From Neovahlkampfia damariscottae (lineage: Eukaryota): 64,000 nucleotides of DNA. The stretch's first letter is position 1, and every line of letters starts with the position of its first letter. The notes beneath the pieces are model-generated. The model did no database searches. It saw only the letters and a list, made by a program, of their open reading frames with translations, and was not told the DNA's origin. The stretch covers positions 1 through 64,000 of the forward strand of contig JABLTG010000045.1 in the NCBI GenBank assembly GCA_016618085.1, written 5' to 3'. The position numbers and the translations under genes were made by a program. Below, in pieces: positions 25,111 to 36,752 of this stretch.

Positions 25111-25340
25111 GATAATTATCAATCAAACATTTTGATATTTGATGAAATTTATGAAATAATTGATGATGTATTTAGAGTCAATACAGATGGTTTCATTTGT
25201 TCTGGAGATATTAATTTTGAAACATCTGATAGTATTGGAAAATTGAAAGTTGAATATGAAAATAAAGTGTGAAAATAGAACATATCAACAAAATTGTTTG
25301 TAGTGATTGCAATGAAAAAATTAAAGATTGTGAATGTTGA
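25110..25340 (+). pseudogene. C-terminal fragment of a protein-primed PolB
   Basis: VFRVNTDGF (motif C-like xTDG) followed by IGKLKVE; after a frameshift at ~25265 it continues VKIEHINKIVCSDCNEKIKDCEC*. Confidence 0.65.
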
Positions 25341-25351
25341 TCGAATTACTT

Positions 25352-25388
25352 AAATATAAAAACCACTTAAAAAATATTTTATATAGTA
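25352..25388 (+). promoter_or_regulatory. Putative viral promoter motif AAATATAAAAACYACTTAAAAAA..ATATAGTA (copy 1; copy 2 at 26232-26271)
   Basis: Near-identical motif immediately after a stop codon, ending 17 nt before the ATGs at 25406 and 26289. Confidence 0.6.
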
Positions 25389-25405
25389 AATATATAATAT
25401 ATAGG

Positions 25406-26232
25406 ATGCAATATTTGCCAGAAGAATTGTTAATTAATATTCACGAATATTTGGAAGATGAATACAAATTTAAGTTTTTAGATTCTTATAATAATGAAAT
25501 GAAAGAAACACAAACAAGAAAAGTGGATTTAAATAAAGAGTATGACAGATATGGCTGGAATACAATAAAGAAAAAATATCGCAATTATGTTGAAATTAAA
25601 AAAGTTTGGGAAGTAAGAAACCAAGCAATTTTAAAAAGTCCAAGCCTTCAAAATATATCACATTTGGAATTTTGTTATTGGTTTAATAAGCCACTATCTA
25701 AATTACCTGAATCATTAACTACTTTAATTTTGGGAGATTATTTTCATCAAACAGTAGATAATTTACCTAAAAATTTGACTAAATTAATATTTGGAGATTA
25801 TTTTGACCAACCAGTTGATAATTTGCCAAAAACATTAACTTATTTATCATTTGGAGATGATTTTAATCAAAAAGTTGATAATTTGCCAACAACATTGACT
25901 TATTTAAAATTTGGAGATAGATTTAATCAACCAGTAAATAATTTGCCATAATCATTGACTTATTTAAAATTCGGGATGATTTTAATCAACCAATAGATAA
26001 TTTACCCAAAACATTGACTGATTTATCATTTGGATGGTGTTTCAACTAAAAAACAGATAATATCCCAATTTCCGTGGTTAATTTAAATTTAAGAAAACGA
26101 TGTGAAAGTGTTCCACATTATGGGATTCAAATAAATAGCATCAATGGGTTTCAAATAAGTGGCGTCAATATACCACAAGGGCTTAAAGTAGAATTTTATC
26201 ATAATGATGTATTAGTTGAAAAAAATTATTAA
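25406..26232 (+). pseudogene. F-box + FNIP-repeat protein, disrupted
   Basis: MQYLPEELLINIHEYL F-box-like start; 22-aa FNQPVDNLPKTLTYL.FG repeats continue past TAA at 25949, a frameshift at ~25975 and TAA at 26047. Confidence 0.85.
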
Positions 26233-26288
26233 AATATAAAAACTACTTAAAAAAAAAATTAATATATAGTATTAATAATATATTAATA

Positions 26289-26507
26289 ATGGAACTAAAT
26301 ATTTTGCCAAAAATAAAAAAAACGGAAGATATTAAAAAATACAGAAAAGAATATTACAAAAATAATAGAGAGAAATTTTACGACAAGATAGAATGCAAGT
26401 ATTGTGATTGTCAAATTTTATATAACAATAAAAGTAATCATAATAAGACCACGAAACATAAAAAAAATGTTGAAATTTATAATTTTAAATCTAATGTAAA
26501 TATATAA
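26289..26507 (+). CDS. Small C2H2-type zinc-finger protein
   Basis: KKYRKEYYKNNREK followed by CKYC..HNKTTKH. Confidence 0.7.
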   Translation: MELNILPKIKKTEDIKKYRKEYYKNNREKFYDKIECKYCDCQILYNNKSNHNKTTKHKKNVEIYNFKSNVNI

Positions 26508-26508
26508 G

Positions 26509-26814
26509 ATGGTAAAGAAAATTGGAGCAACACCAGTGAAAGAACGCAAGAAAAAAAAAGATAAAATGGAGATTGAAATTGATAAATTAAAAAAAGAACA
26601 AAAGGAACGAGAAAAAAAAATAAAAGAACAAGAAAGAGAAGTCAAAAAAATATCCAAAGAATTTAAAAATTTGGAACCAAAGAAACCATATTGTGGTATA
26701 AGACCTTTAAAAAAAAATCAACGTGAAGCAACAGATAAAGAATGTTACAGAATGGGACAATTACGTAATTGGGGTAAAAAAGCCACAACAATTAAAAAAC
26801 TCTTATCAAATTAA
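26509..26814 (+). CDS. Small basic coiled-coil protein with YCG..EC..GQ.R.WG motif
   Basis: Intact ORF preceded by AATATATAAG; its N-terminus shares a motif with the integrase tail. Confidence 0.65.
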   Translation: MVKKIGATPVKERKKKKDKMEIEIDKLKKEQKEREKKIKEQEREVKKISKEFKNLEPKKPYCGIRPLKKNQREATDKECYRMGQLRNWGKKATTIKKLLSN

Positions 26815-26835
26815 TATTTTATAATTAATAGAATA

Positions 26836-27090
26836 TTAAGAAGAGTTATTATTTAACATATCCATAATTTTATTAATATTTTCATTTTGTTTGTCAATTT
26901 CAATTTTATGGGTGCTTTTGGTTTCGTGTAATTCAGTTTGCAGTTCTTTAACAGATTTCATTTCAACCGAACCCCCAAGACAAGAACTTTTTTGAATATT
27001 TTTGATGAAATAAGCAGCAGCAAGAACGAGAGGGCTAATTATTGTTGATACCAATGTTATTATGCCAATTATCAATGTAGCGGTTTCCAT
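26836..27090 (-). CDS. Small viral-type membrane protein (TM + SSCLG + coiled coil)
   Basis: Hydrophobic N-terminus; preceded by AATATATAATT. Confidence 0.65.
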   Translation of the reverse strand: METATLIIGIITLVSTIISPLVLAAAYFIKNIQKSSCLGGSVEMKSVKELQTELHETKSTHKIEIDKQNENINKIMDMLNNNSS

Positions 27091-27140
27091 AATTATATAT
27101 TAACTAAAGATTTTAAATATTAAATTTACTACAAACAGCT

Positions 27141-28842
27141 TTACAATTGAAGAGATGCAGAATGAATAGTAATATCTGGTGTTGTTTGTGTGCTACATTG
27201 CAACTCAAATATTGCTGGACCAGTTGGAATATTACTAAATGAAGATAAAGTTAAAATTTGATTGGAACCACCAGAAGCAAATGAAGCACTTTCTGCAATT
27301 GTTTGACTGTTTGTTACATCTTGTAATCTGATACTAACGAGAAACCCACCATCAGCACTATAAGCAACAAATAGATTAGACATAAAATCACCGAGATTAT
27401 CTGTACCACCATAAAGGAAATTTGAAACTCTAACATATGAACCTGAACTCGTATTGAAGTCTGCAGCTAATCCATATTTATGATTCTTTGATCAACATCA
27501 CACAGAGTTCCAGTTTTTGGTTGAACAAAATGATTATATGCAGAACTTGGAGCTACTGCACTTGTAAGCACGTGACCGTTACCACTATTTTCTCAAAATA
27601 ACGGAACTGCCGGATTTAATTTCTCCTGATGAGTATATTGAACCTTCTACATATAATTTTGAATTTTTAGATAACACGTTTGCCCTTGTTTGGTCACCTA
27701 CACACACAAGGGCGTTTGGTGTTGCCTTAGCATTCAACCAAAGAACATTCCATGCGAGTGGTGAAATTTGATGTCCTCCTATTTGTGGTCTATGCACCAG
27801 ACTCTTCATATGTCCCTGCCACAACCATATAATTACCGGTATTATTTCTAAATTCAGCAGCCCAATTATCAGTCGCTGCAGTTGTAAATCTAGTACCAAG
27901 ATTTGAAAGTGTTCCAAAATTGATTCTTTGATCACCCACTGCGTCAATACTAATATCTGCACCTGTTTTTGAAACAATATCATTTGTTTCAAGAACAGCT
28001 CCTGTGTTCATAGTGATATTTCCGGTTGATGTTAAAACCTTTGAATTAAGTGTTTGAGTACCGTTTGTCATAACAAAATCAGAATCGGCACCAATATTGG
28101 TAATGGTGTAAATTCTGTTGGAAGATGGTTGAGGAATGTTTATTGATGTTGTTGTTCCAGTTGCATTATGTTGGGAAACAATTTGATTCGAAATACCATA
28201 AACTTGCGAGGTAAAGGCACCAGCATAACCAGTTGTAAATGAATTTCCATCAACATATAATTTTGCACTTACAGTTGTAGCTTCTGAAGCTTCTACATTT
28301 CCCATAATTGTAGGAGTTGTTGAATCCAATGCACCACACCATAGTGGCATATAAGTGCCATAATCTGGACTAATTCCACATTAGGTTGGTTTTTGAGCAC
28401 CTGATGGTTGTCGAATACCCATAGCAAGTCTTGTATCGTCTGTTGCACTCATTAACGCATATGTCCAAGCATTATCAGTAAGTGCTTGAAATGTAATTCC
28501 TCCATCGTATAATGTTATGAATCTAACTTTTCCGGTTCCATTTGAATCGAATACTAAATCATCATTTGCACCAATCGAAGTTATCAAATTTGTTTCAATT
28601 TTTTCATTTGCTTTTAATTGATGGACTTCTGCCTTGTATTTACTTGAATCAGCACCATATTGATAAACTATAGGTTGGTTATTAATACAATATCCAGTAT
28701 TTAGAGGAATATTTATATCCCCAGTAACTCCTACTTCACTTAAACTGTCTTTTATTTTGTTAGTTCCATCACCAATAATAATTTTATTTGCAGTTAATAC
28801 ATCTGCTAGTGTTCTTTGTATATATTCATCAAGGGAAGCCAT
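27141..28842 (-). pseudogene. Fibre/receptor-binding-like protein (~565 codons), disrupted
   Basis: Four ORF-track pieces join into one G/T/S/N-rich protein across TAA 28381-28383 and frameshifts at ~27790, ~27592 and ~27480; KLYVDG and KLYVEG motifs. Confidence 0.65.
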
Positions 28843-29015
28843 TGTGACTCCCCAATTTGGAATTTTATTGAAAAATTAATTTGATTGGTTGTTTTTTCAA
28901 ACTCGAGTTTCAATTTTCCTTCATTTCTGTTGGACAATAATTTTCTGGAAAAATTTTGTTGCTGATATTTAGTTGCCAACAATACCCAATAATTGTTGCC
29001 GACATCAGTTTCCAG

Positions 29016-29257
29016 TTTTTATTGACCGGTCATTTGGTAGGTTGGTCAGCTCTTAAAATCCTTTCCTGTAAAATTGACCATTTTTTAAAAGTTTCAGATT
29101 TTACTAAAACCACCTTACCATTTTACCACCAATTTAATTTACCATTTTTTTATTCCGGTCATTTGGTCGGGTGGTCGGACCACTTAATCCTTCCGTATAA
29201 AATTGAACCATTTTTCAAAATTTTATAAATTCCAAAAACCACCTTACCATTTTACCA
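29016..29257. repeat. Two-copy tandem repeat, period 129 bp
   Basis: Identical blocks CCGGTCATTTGGT (29026, 29155) and AAAACCACCTTACCATTTTACCA (29106, 29235). Confidence 0.9.
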
Positions 29258-30008
29258 GTTCCTTATCTTATTCCTTTTTGTTATAATTTAATTGGTAAAG
29301 TGGTAATTGTAAATTAAAGTAATAAATTAAATGTTTCAATTAGATTGGAGTTATTAAATTGCTCAGAGCGAAGCAGGAAGAGAAACTGTCAGGTTTTGAA
29401 TTTCCACCTTTTTGTAAATAAAATTTTAATTTTAATTACGAGTCCTGCCACACACCAATATTTCATTGAATCTCAATTAAAATGAACTTTGGATAAATAA
29501 ATTAAAGATACAATCAAGACTGTTCCTCATATTAGTCGACGACATATTTTCAATCATTCCAATCACACCAGAATGCACTTCAAACTGTATTACTCATTTC
29601 TAAACGAAGATACAAACAGAAGAGTGGTTTTACAAAACTTAATCAGTTCACAAACTTTCCTTATTGCAAGATGCAATACAACAATTGCTGGTTTTGCCGG
29701 GAACATCAAGAAATATGAAAACATTCTTAAATCAAAATTTAAAATCAGAGACATAGACTCCACAGAATGGAGATATGATACTCAGATCAAAAATAATGAA
29801 GAATGAAAAAACAAAACTTCAATAACTACATCAGTATTCAATTCGTTAAACCAATTACCAAATTCGAGTCATTGGAAGAATACCTACATATTCACTAAGC
29901 TGTTCAAATGTTCGTTGTTTTCTTCAAACAAATTTCGGACAAATAAAAGTTGAAACAAACATCTTAAATAAAATTTTGAACTTTAAAAATATAATTTCAT
30001 AAAATATT

Positions 30009-32736
30009 TTATTTTGAAATTTCAACATCAACAACGAAATACTTTGTTCCTTCTGTCAATTGATATGGATTTCTATCTTTTGATGCAACTTTGTTCTCAA
30101 TTTTATAAATTTTTCCAATGATATATTTTGAAATTGAATTTGTCTTTTTCACATTTTCCATAGCTCTAATGGTACCATCAGATAGAAAATAAAAAGGTGT
30201 TGAATCATTGATTGCTTCAAAATATCCTTTTGAATTTTGAATAAAAATGCAATAACAATCCTTTTGAAAATTCTTCAATGATAATTTTACATCAAAAGGT
30301 TGAGATTTTAATTCATTTAAAATTTCACCATCTTCAATTCTCTTTTGATTCATTTCTCTAATTTTTTCAATGATATTTTCTAATTCAATTGAGTTTGATA
30401 AATCATCAATTTTTGATGTTGAAGGTAAATTGATATTACAAATTTTTGAAATTCTTGTGAATTTTTCTTGATAACTTTTTAATTGTTTTGTAGATTTTTG
30501 AAAATCTTTTGTCATTGAAAATAATTTCTTTTCTGAATGAGCACAATTTAAAGCAGTTTCATGTCTTAATTTTTCTTTAACTTTTACAGTTGATTTTAAA
30601 TCTTCTTTTTCTTTTAGTAATTGAGAAATTGTTTCATTTTCATTAAATGTTGAAAGTTTTTCTTTTTCTAATTGTTCAATTTTATCTCTTAAACGTTGAT
30701 TTTCTTTTAAAAGTTCATCAGATTCATTATGACGATCAACAATTTCATTTAAAGTTGAATCAACTAAACTCTTTTGATTTGCAAATTCATTTTCTAATTC
30801 TTGTGCTTTCTTTTTTGTATTTTCAATTTCAATTTTTAATTTTTCATTTTCTTCTTTAAATTTTTCTAATTCAATTCTTGATTGTTTAAATTCTTCTTCT
30901 TCTTTTGAATTTTTAATGAATGAAGAAGTATATAAATTGAAATTTAAATCTTCTTGAATTTGATTAAAATGATCATTCTCATCTTCTTCTATTTCATCAT
31001 AAATTTGTAAATCTTTTTCTTCAAATGAATTTTTGAATAATTTTTCAACTTGATTAACATCTAAATATTTTTTTGATGATTCAATTCTTGGTAAAGTTGA
31101 TTCTAAAACTTCAATTTCAAATTTTTGAATTGGATCATTAAAACCAGGAATTAAAGAACTTGGTAAATATTTTCCAACATTTCTTGTAAATTTCTTTCTT
31201 AAATTTAATTCTTCTGATTCTAATCTCTTTAAATTTGAATTATTTTTTTTAATTTCATTCATAAAATTTTGATGAAATTTTCTTCTTCTTGAAATTTCTA
31301 ATAAACTTAATGAATAAGCTGCATCAAGACAATGAATCATTTCAATATGTTGAAAATTATTTCCAAGTGTATTTAAAATCGAAACAAATGTTAATAATTT
31401 TTTACCTAATTTTGTTATTTTTGATTCTTTTTCTGAAATTGTTTTTAACTTTTCATAAAAAATTTCTTTCAAATTATTTTTTGAAACATCAATTTGAGTC
31501 ATTAATTCTTTTAATTTTTCATCACATTGACGAAATATTGTTAAATTTTCATTATGATTTTGTATTTTCATTTTTAAAGAATTTTCATTAAATTCACTTT
31601 TTGATGTTTTTATCATTTCACTTAATGCATTATAATCTTTTTTAAATTCTTCAACAAGTGATTCTTCTTTTTTTTTTATTTCATTTGCTTTATTTTCATA
31701 TCCTTCAAGAATTTGAAACCTTAAAGAATAAAAATAAAAAAAAGTTATTACTTGAGACTTGAAATTGGATTCGTATTTCTTTCTTTCATTACATCATTTG
31801 TCAATTTCTCAATTGATTCATTTGCTCTATCCACTCTTGTTTTGAATAATTCAAGTTCTTTCATACATTTAGGTACCCATAATCTTAATTGATTAACTGG
31901 TATAAAATCAATTAAATATTTTCTATTTTCTCTTTGTAATAAAAAATGTAATTCTTTTTCTTGTAATTTTTTGATATCATCATCAAATGAATTTGATAAA
32001 TTTTCAAAATGTTGAAGTTGACTCTCATATCTTTCTTTGAAATTATCAAATCCTTGAGAGATATTACTATAAAAAGGATGGTTTAAATCAAATATGAATG
32101 TCTTACTCAAAATGTCCATTTAAATTGGAAATTGCGCATAAAATGGCCTCTGATTGTATACGTTGTTCGTTTAAACTATCTACAATGTACTTTATTCTTT
32201 TATGGCAAGTATCAACAAAATTCTTGAAAGAAGTAAATTAAAACTATATTTGTTTCTTACTTCTGAAATATGAACATGATAGTAAAATCTCTTCAAATAA
32301 TTTTCAGTAATTGAATCCTTTTCGGTGAAAGGATATTTCATTTGGTCAAAAGGAAGAACTAAAAAAAAAATTAAAAACTTTTTCGAAAAATACCTTCGAT
32401 TTCAAATGGTTTTCTTGGTGATTCCAATTTAAAATTTCCACTTCCAAAACTCTTTCTATCAAATACAAAAATATCTTCGTTCTAAAACAAAAAATTAATT
32501 TCTAATTTTTTTTTTTCGTTACAACGTGGTTTTGAACTGGTGAATTTTCATCTAATTTAGAGCCTCCTCGGCTCAGAAAAATGATATTATTTACAGGAAC
32601 ATTCAACGTAGACGATAGAAGGTTCTTTAACGAAAGAATACTGAAACATTAAAACTTTAAATGAAAGTTACTTTTCTTTGATGGGTATGTTATTTAAAAT
32701 TATTTTCTTTCCAGTTTCTGCTTGATATAAGTTCAT
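30009..32736 (-). CDS. ATG11: Autophagy scaffold ATG11/FIP200
   Basis: EISRRRKF..GKYLP, long coiled coil, C-terminal claw (FYFLS..YIIGKI..NPYQL..GTKYF); start MNLYQAETG; several introns. Confidence 0.88.
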
Positions 32737-33154
32737 TATGTACAGTCGAAACTCTGAAGGTTTTTGAATGGTTTGAAAAAATTGAACAAAAAGAAATTGA
32801 AGATTAATGGAGTGAATCCAATTGGGTCGGAGTTTTCTAAAAATAATTGATCAACGTTCATCAAAACTTTTGATTGATGAACAATAAAATATAGTATTTG
32901 ATCTAAAGAAACCTAAAAAAACATATTTTCCAAAAATTTCCTGTTTTGAAGAGAGTATGTCCAAAATTGAATTGAGAACTGCTCAATCAGTTTAGTTTTC
33001 ATCTTCAATTGGCAGATTTTTTGAACACAAAAATTTGCTACTCTAGATATCTTGTAGAACGATTGATAAATAGTTTTTGAAAGTGCTTCTTAAAAAATAA
33101 TTTCCAAAATAAGCAGATTCAGTTTGAGTATTTTGACCAATCAAACGTTTCCTT

Positions 33155-35917
33155 ATGTCAGAGAAAAGTTTTCAAGTCAGCGACTACATTATTCAATTTA
33201 AATCACTCTTCTTGGTTCCTGAGATCGAAAATGAGTTCCATAGCTTCCTAAAGAAAGAATATAACTCAGATCACTGGGATTTTATTGCTGCTGTTGTCCA
33301 ACTCGAAAAACTTGCGAAAAAAAAAAGTTACACCAAAGTATTCAAACAAATACAATTCATAAATTCTGAATTTATCGAGGAGAATTCACCAAAACAAGTG
33401 ATGATTGGAAAAAAGCACAGACAAATTATTTTAAGGTAGATTTTTTTTTTTTTGGTTTAAATGTTATAGTCACTGCGGAAAATTGTCACCAGTGAGATGG
33501 AATATCGACGTATCATCAGTGGAGCTCTATGAACCATTGAAACAACTTGTTCTTTTGGAATACAAAAACGACTCATTTAAAAGATTCACCAGAACACCAG
33601 AGTGTGCAAAACTCATAGAAAAATATCAAAACAATAGACAAGTACTACTACCACAACTTTCTGTCGTTTATAACTATTCAGGTTCAAAATTTCAAAATAA
33701 GGAATTCACAGCGATGGATATTGAATTTTTAAAAGCATTCGAAGAAGAAGATCCAAATTGGGAGTTAAGTTATACAGATAAAAAAAGTATAATGGTATTT
33801 TTATCAAATTGGAATTACTTTCCTAATGTTTTTTATATGACAAAACATATGTTCAATTTTAAAGTTCAATTAACTTTCGATTATTCATTTCAACAAGTTG
33901 CTTTGGCAGTTTTCAATAATTATTTTGAATCAGATCCAAATATGCAAAAATCAAATTGTTTAGAATACAAACATGGTCAATATGTAATTCTTGAACATCT
34001 CTCAGGTTATTCTTCACTTTCTTTTGATAATGAACCGAGAGTAAGAAGAGCCACTTATACAATGGAATACGAACCTGATAAAAAGAGAATTAGTTTAAGA
34101 TCAAAACCACTTCAAATACCAGATATATTATTCTTAACACCTCAACAAATTTCACTTGTTGGAAAAAAAGGAGAAAATGAAACTACAATTAAAGGAGTTC
34201 AAAGTTTTATGTTTTACACAACAAGAATAACAGAAATTGATGAAAATAAAACAATGTTCGAACAAATTGCAATGATTGATATTGCAAAATCACTTACCAA
34301 ATCACATGTTCAAAAAAGAGCACAAACAATGCATGCAAACTATTTAAAGAAATTAAAAACATTGGGAAATGCTCAAATTAAAGATTATAAATTAGATTTG
34401 AATACATTATGGGAAGGTTTACCTGTTAAACCAATTGGAAAATTATTATCTGATTTACAAATTGATAAAGCTGATGAAGTATATCAAGAAAAAATTGAAA
34501 AAAGAAAAAAAGTATTTGATATCTCAAATTATGTTGTTCATTTTAGTTCATTAAAAAGAAAAGAGATTGAAAAAGTTTATTATGAATTTTTAAAATTAGA
34601 ACACAATACAGGTAAATTATTCAAAAATTTAACTCAAATTTTAAAGATTCATGGGATTTTATTTCTGAAGTGAATGTTCTTCAAAAATTAGGTGAAAAAA
34701 AGAAATTTAAAGATGAATCAAAAAAAATTGAACAAATAATTTCACTATATATTTTACCAAAATCATCAAGAGATTTATCAATTTCAAAAGAAAAACGTGA
34801 TGAATTATTTAGTAATTTAGAAAATAGAAAAGAAAATTATCCAGTTTTCAAATATTTTGAAAAGATTTATAATGATATAAGATTAGAACATCAAATGGAT
34901 TCATTTAAAAGATTTGGAAAATCAAAAATGGCAAAAGATGTTCTTGCAAAATATCAACATGATATTTTAGTAATGTCTCCAATTTTAGGTTTATTATCAA
35001 TTTACAAAGATTTTAATTTTTCAAACAAATTTTTCTCTATTGATGAAATGGATTTTGTTAGTTCAATTACAACACATTCTTCAACATGGGATACTTGTTT
35101 TACCAATCCAGATGTTAAAATTTCAATATCAAAAGTTAATTGGTTTCCAGAAGTTTCATTTATCGATTCAAAAAATGTTGTTTCTTATCATTATGAATAT
35201 CAACTACCTTTTCCATTAGAACAAGTTGCAAATGGTTATTTAAGTTTTTCAAAAATGGCAAAAATTGATCCAAATATTCAAAAATCAAAAGTATTGGATT
35301 ATTTCATTCAAGAAGATTTAAATCCTGCTGTTTTAGTTGAAAATGAAATTGTTTGGTTTTGGGGAAAATCAGAAAAACAAATTAGTCTTTGTTCATTTTT
35401 TGCTCAAAGAAATGAATTAATTTTCTTAAGTAAACCTTATAAACCACATAATGAACAATGTAATTATTTTCAATATGATATTATTACATTATCGGAATAT
35501 GATTTTAGAACAACATTTCAACATGTCATTTTAATTTATTCAAAAGAAAAATTAAATATTCATCAAGCTGCAATTGAAAGAGGACAAACATTTTATCTTT
35601 CAATGATGGATAGTATCTCAAATTCTTACAAGTATTTTTATGATATGGAAACTCAATATTCAGAAATGGATGGAAATACACCAAAAGATCCATTTGGTAA
35701 TATTTTATTATCATTAAAATTTGATCAATCATCAATGGAAAAAGTTGAATTTGAAACTGAATCTGGTGAATCATTTTCTGATAATACATTATCAAATCCA
35801 AGTTCAAGTCAAACTCAGAGTTCAAGAAATAGTGGAACATTTTCACCAGTAAATCGTATAAGTGGAAGAAAAATAGGTCAAGAACAAGAACATGATCAAG
35901 AAGAAGAATTATTGTAA
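33155..35917 (+). CDS. RGS-START-RGS-START tandem protein
   Basis: FHSFLKKEYNSDHWDF..DSFKRF and YYEFLKLEHNT..DSFKRF RGS repeats, each followed by a START-like region; introns at ~33436-33469 and ~34612-34646. Confidence 0.75.
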
Positions 35918-35994
35918 TTTCTTTATTAATTCGAAAAATAAATTTTAAACCAATCAAATTTTTTTTTGCTTCAAACAACTCCGACAAAGACAAA

Positions 35995-36723
35995 ATGGGT
36001 TGTGATGGTGGTAGTATCTGTGATGATCGAAGAGTCATTGTAAATCAAAAAGAAGAAGATAAAAAACCTTCAAAAGAGTTCATTTCAAATATTGGATGGT
36101 CAACATGTGCTCTTTCTGGAGAAACTTTAAAACATCCAATTGTTGCAGATCAAATGGGTATTTTATATAATAAAATTGCATTGCTTGAAGCTATACAATC
36201 AAAAACACTTGACAAAGAAAGATTTAGTCATATAAAAAACCTCAAATCTGTTTTCAACGTTAGTTTTACAACAAATCCGGATTATTTAAGTAATCCAGAA
36301 AAACCACACTTTATTTGTCCTTCAACAAATAGAGAAATAGCTGGTGCTTTTAATTTTTATCTTTTAAAAAAATGTGGTCATGTTTTTCATGAAAAAGTAT
36401 TTGAAGAAATTGATGATAAAGAATGTACACTTTGTGGAGTGACTTATGATAAAACTAAAGATATTTTACTTTTAAATCCAAGCCCTGAAAAAATTGAAGA
36501 ACTTCGTAAAACAATCAAACCATCAAAAAGAAAAAGAGAAGAAAAAGTAGGACCTTCAAAAGTCAGTAAAGTTGAAACCATTGTAGATAAAAAAGATACA
36601 AAATTACCATCAAATTCAGATGATAAAGTTTATTCAAGTATTTTTATAAAAGATGAAGACAGAAAAATTAGAAAAAATGATTACATGACACGTGGTGGAA
36701 TGAAATCAGCATCTGAATATTAA
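35995..36723 (+). CDS. RTF2: Replication termination factor 2
   Basis: MGCDGGSI, CALS..PIV...G.LYNK, FICP, CGHVF, CTLC. Confidence 0.92.
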   Translation: MGCDGGSICDDRRVIVNQKEEDKKPSKEFISNIGWSTCALSGETLKHPIVADQMGILYNKIALLEAIQSKTLDKERFSHIKNLKSVFNVSFTTNPDYLSNPEKPHFICPSTNREIAGAFNFYLLKKCGHVFHEKVFEEIDDKECTLCGVTYDKTKDILLLNPSPEKIEELRKTIKPSKRKREEKVGPSKVSKVETIVDKKDTKLPSNSDDKVYSSIFIKDEDRKIRKNDYMTRGGMKSASEY

Positions 36724-36752
36724 ACTTTTTTTGTATCATAACAACTTTTGTT

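Larger units (their letters stand above)
25110..29306. mobile_element. Endogenous Polinton-like virus / virophage-like element, segment 2 (decayed)
   Basis: Cluster of intronless, partly broken ORFs (pPolB end, F-box/FNIP, Zn finger, basic protein, small TM protein, fibre-like) with shared upstream motifs and a terminal repeat region. Confidence 0.75.

Noticed and set aside
25949..28383. In-frame TAA codons as stop-codon reassignment
   Set aside because: The expected residues differ (K, Q, I/L), frameshifts co-occur, and TAA terminates many intact genes; decay is the simpler explanation.
29070..29206. AAAATTGA Mimivirus early promoter in both repeat units
   Set aside because: The octamer is common in this AT-rich sequence, including inside host ORFs.
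28956..29228. 90-aa ORF with internal repeat
   Set aside because: It is a translation of the DNA tandem repeat with a TTG start.
29016..29257. CRISPR array
   Set aside because: Only two degenerate units, no unique spacers, no cas genes, eukaryotic context.
32856..32882. 9-bp hairpin in an intergenic region
   Set aside because: Expected by chance at this composition.
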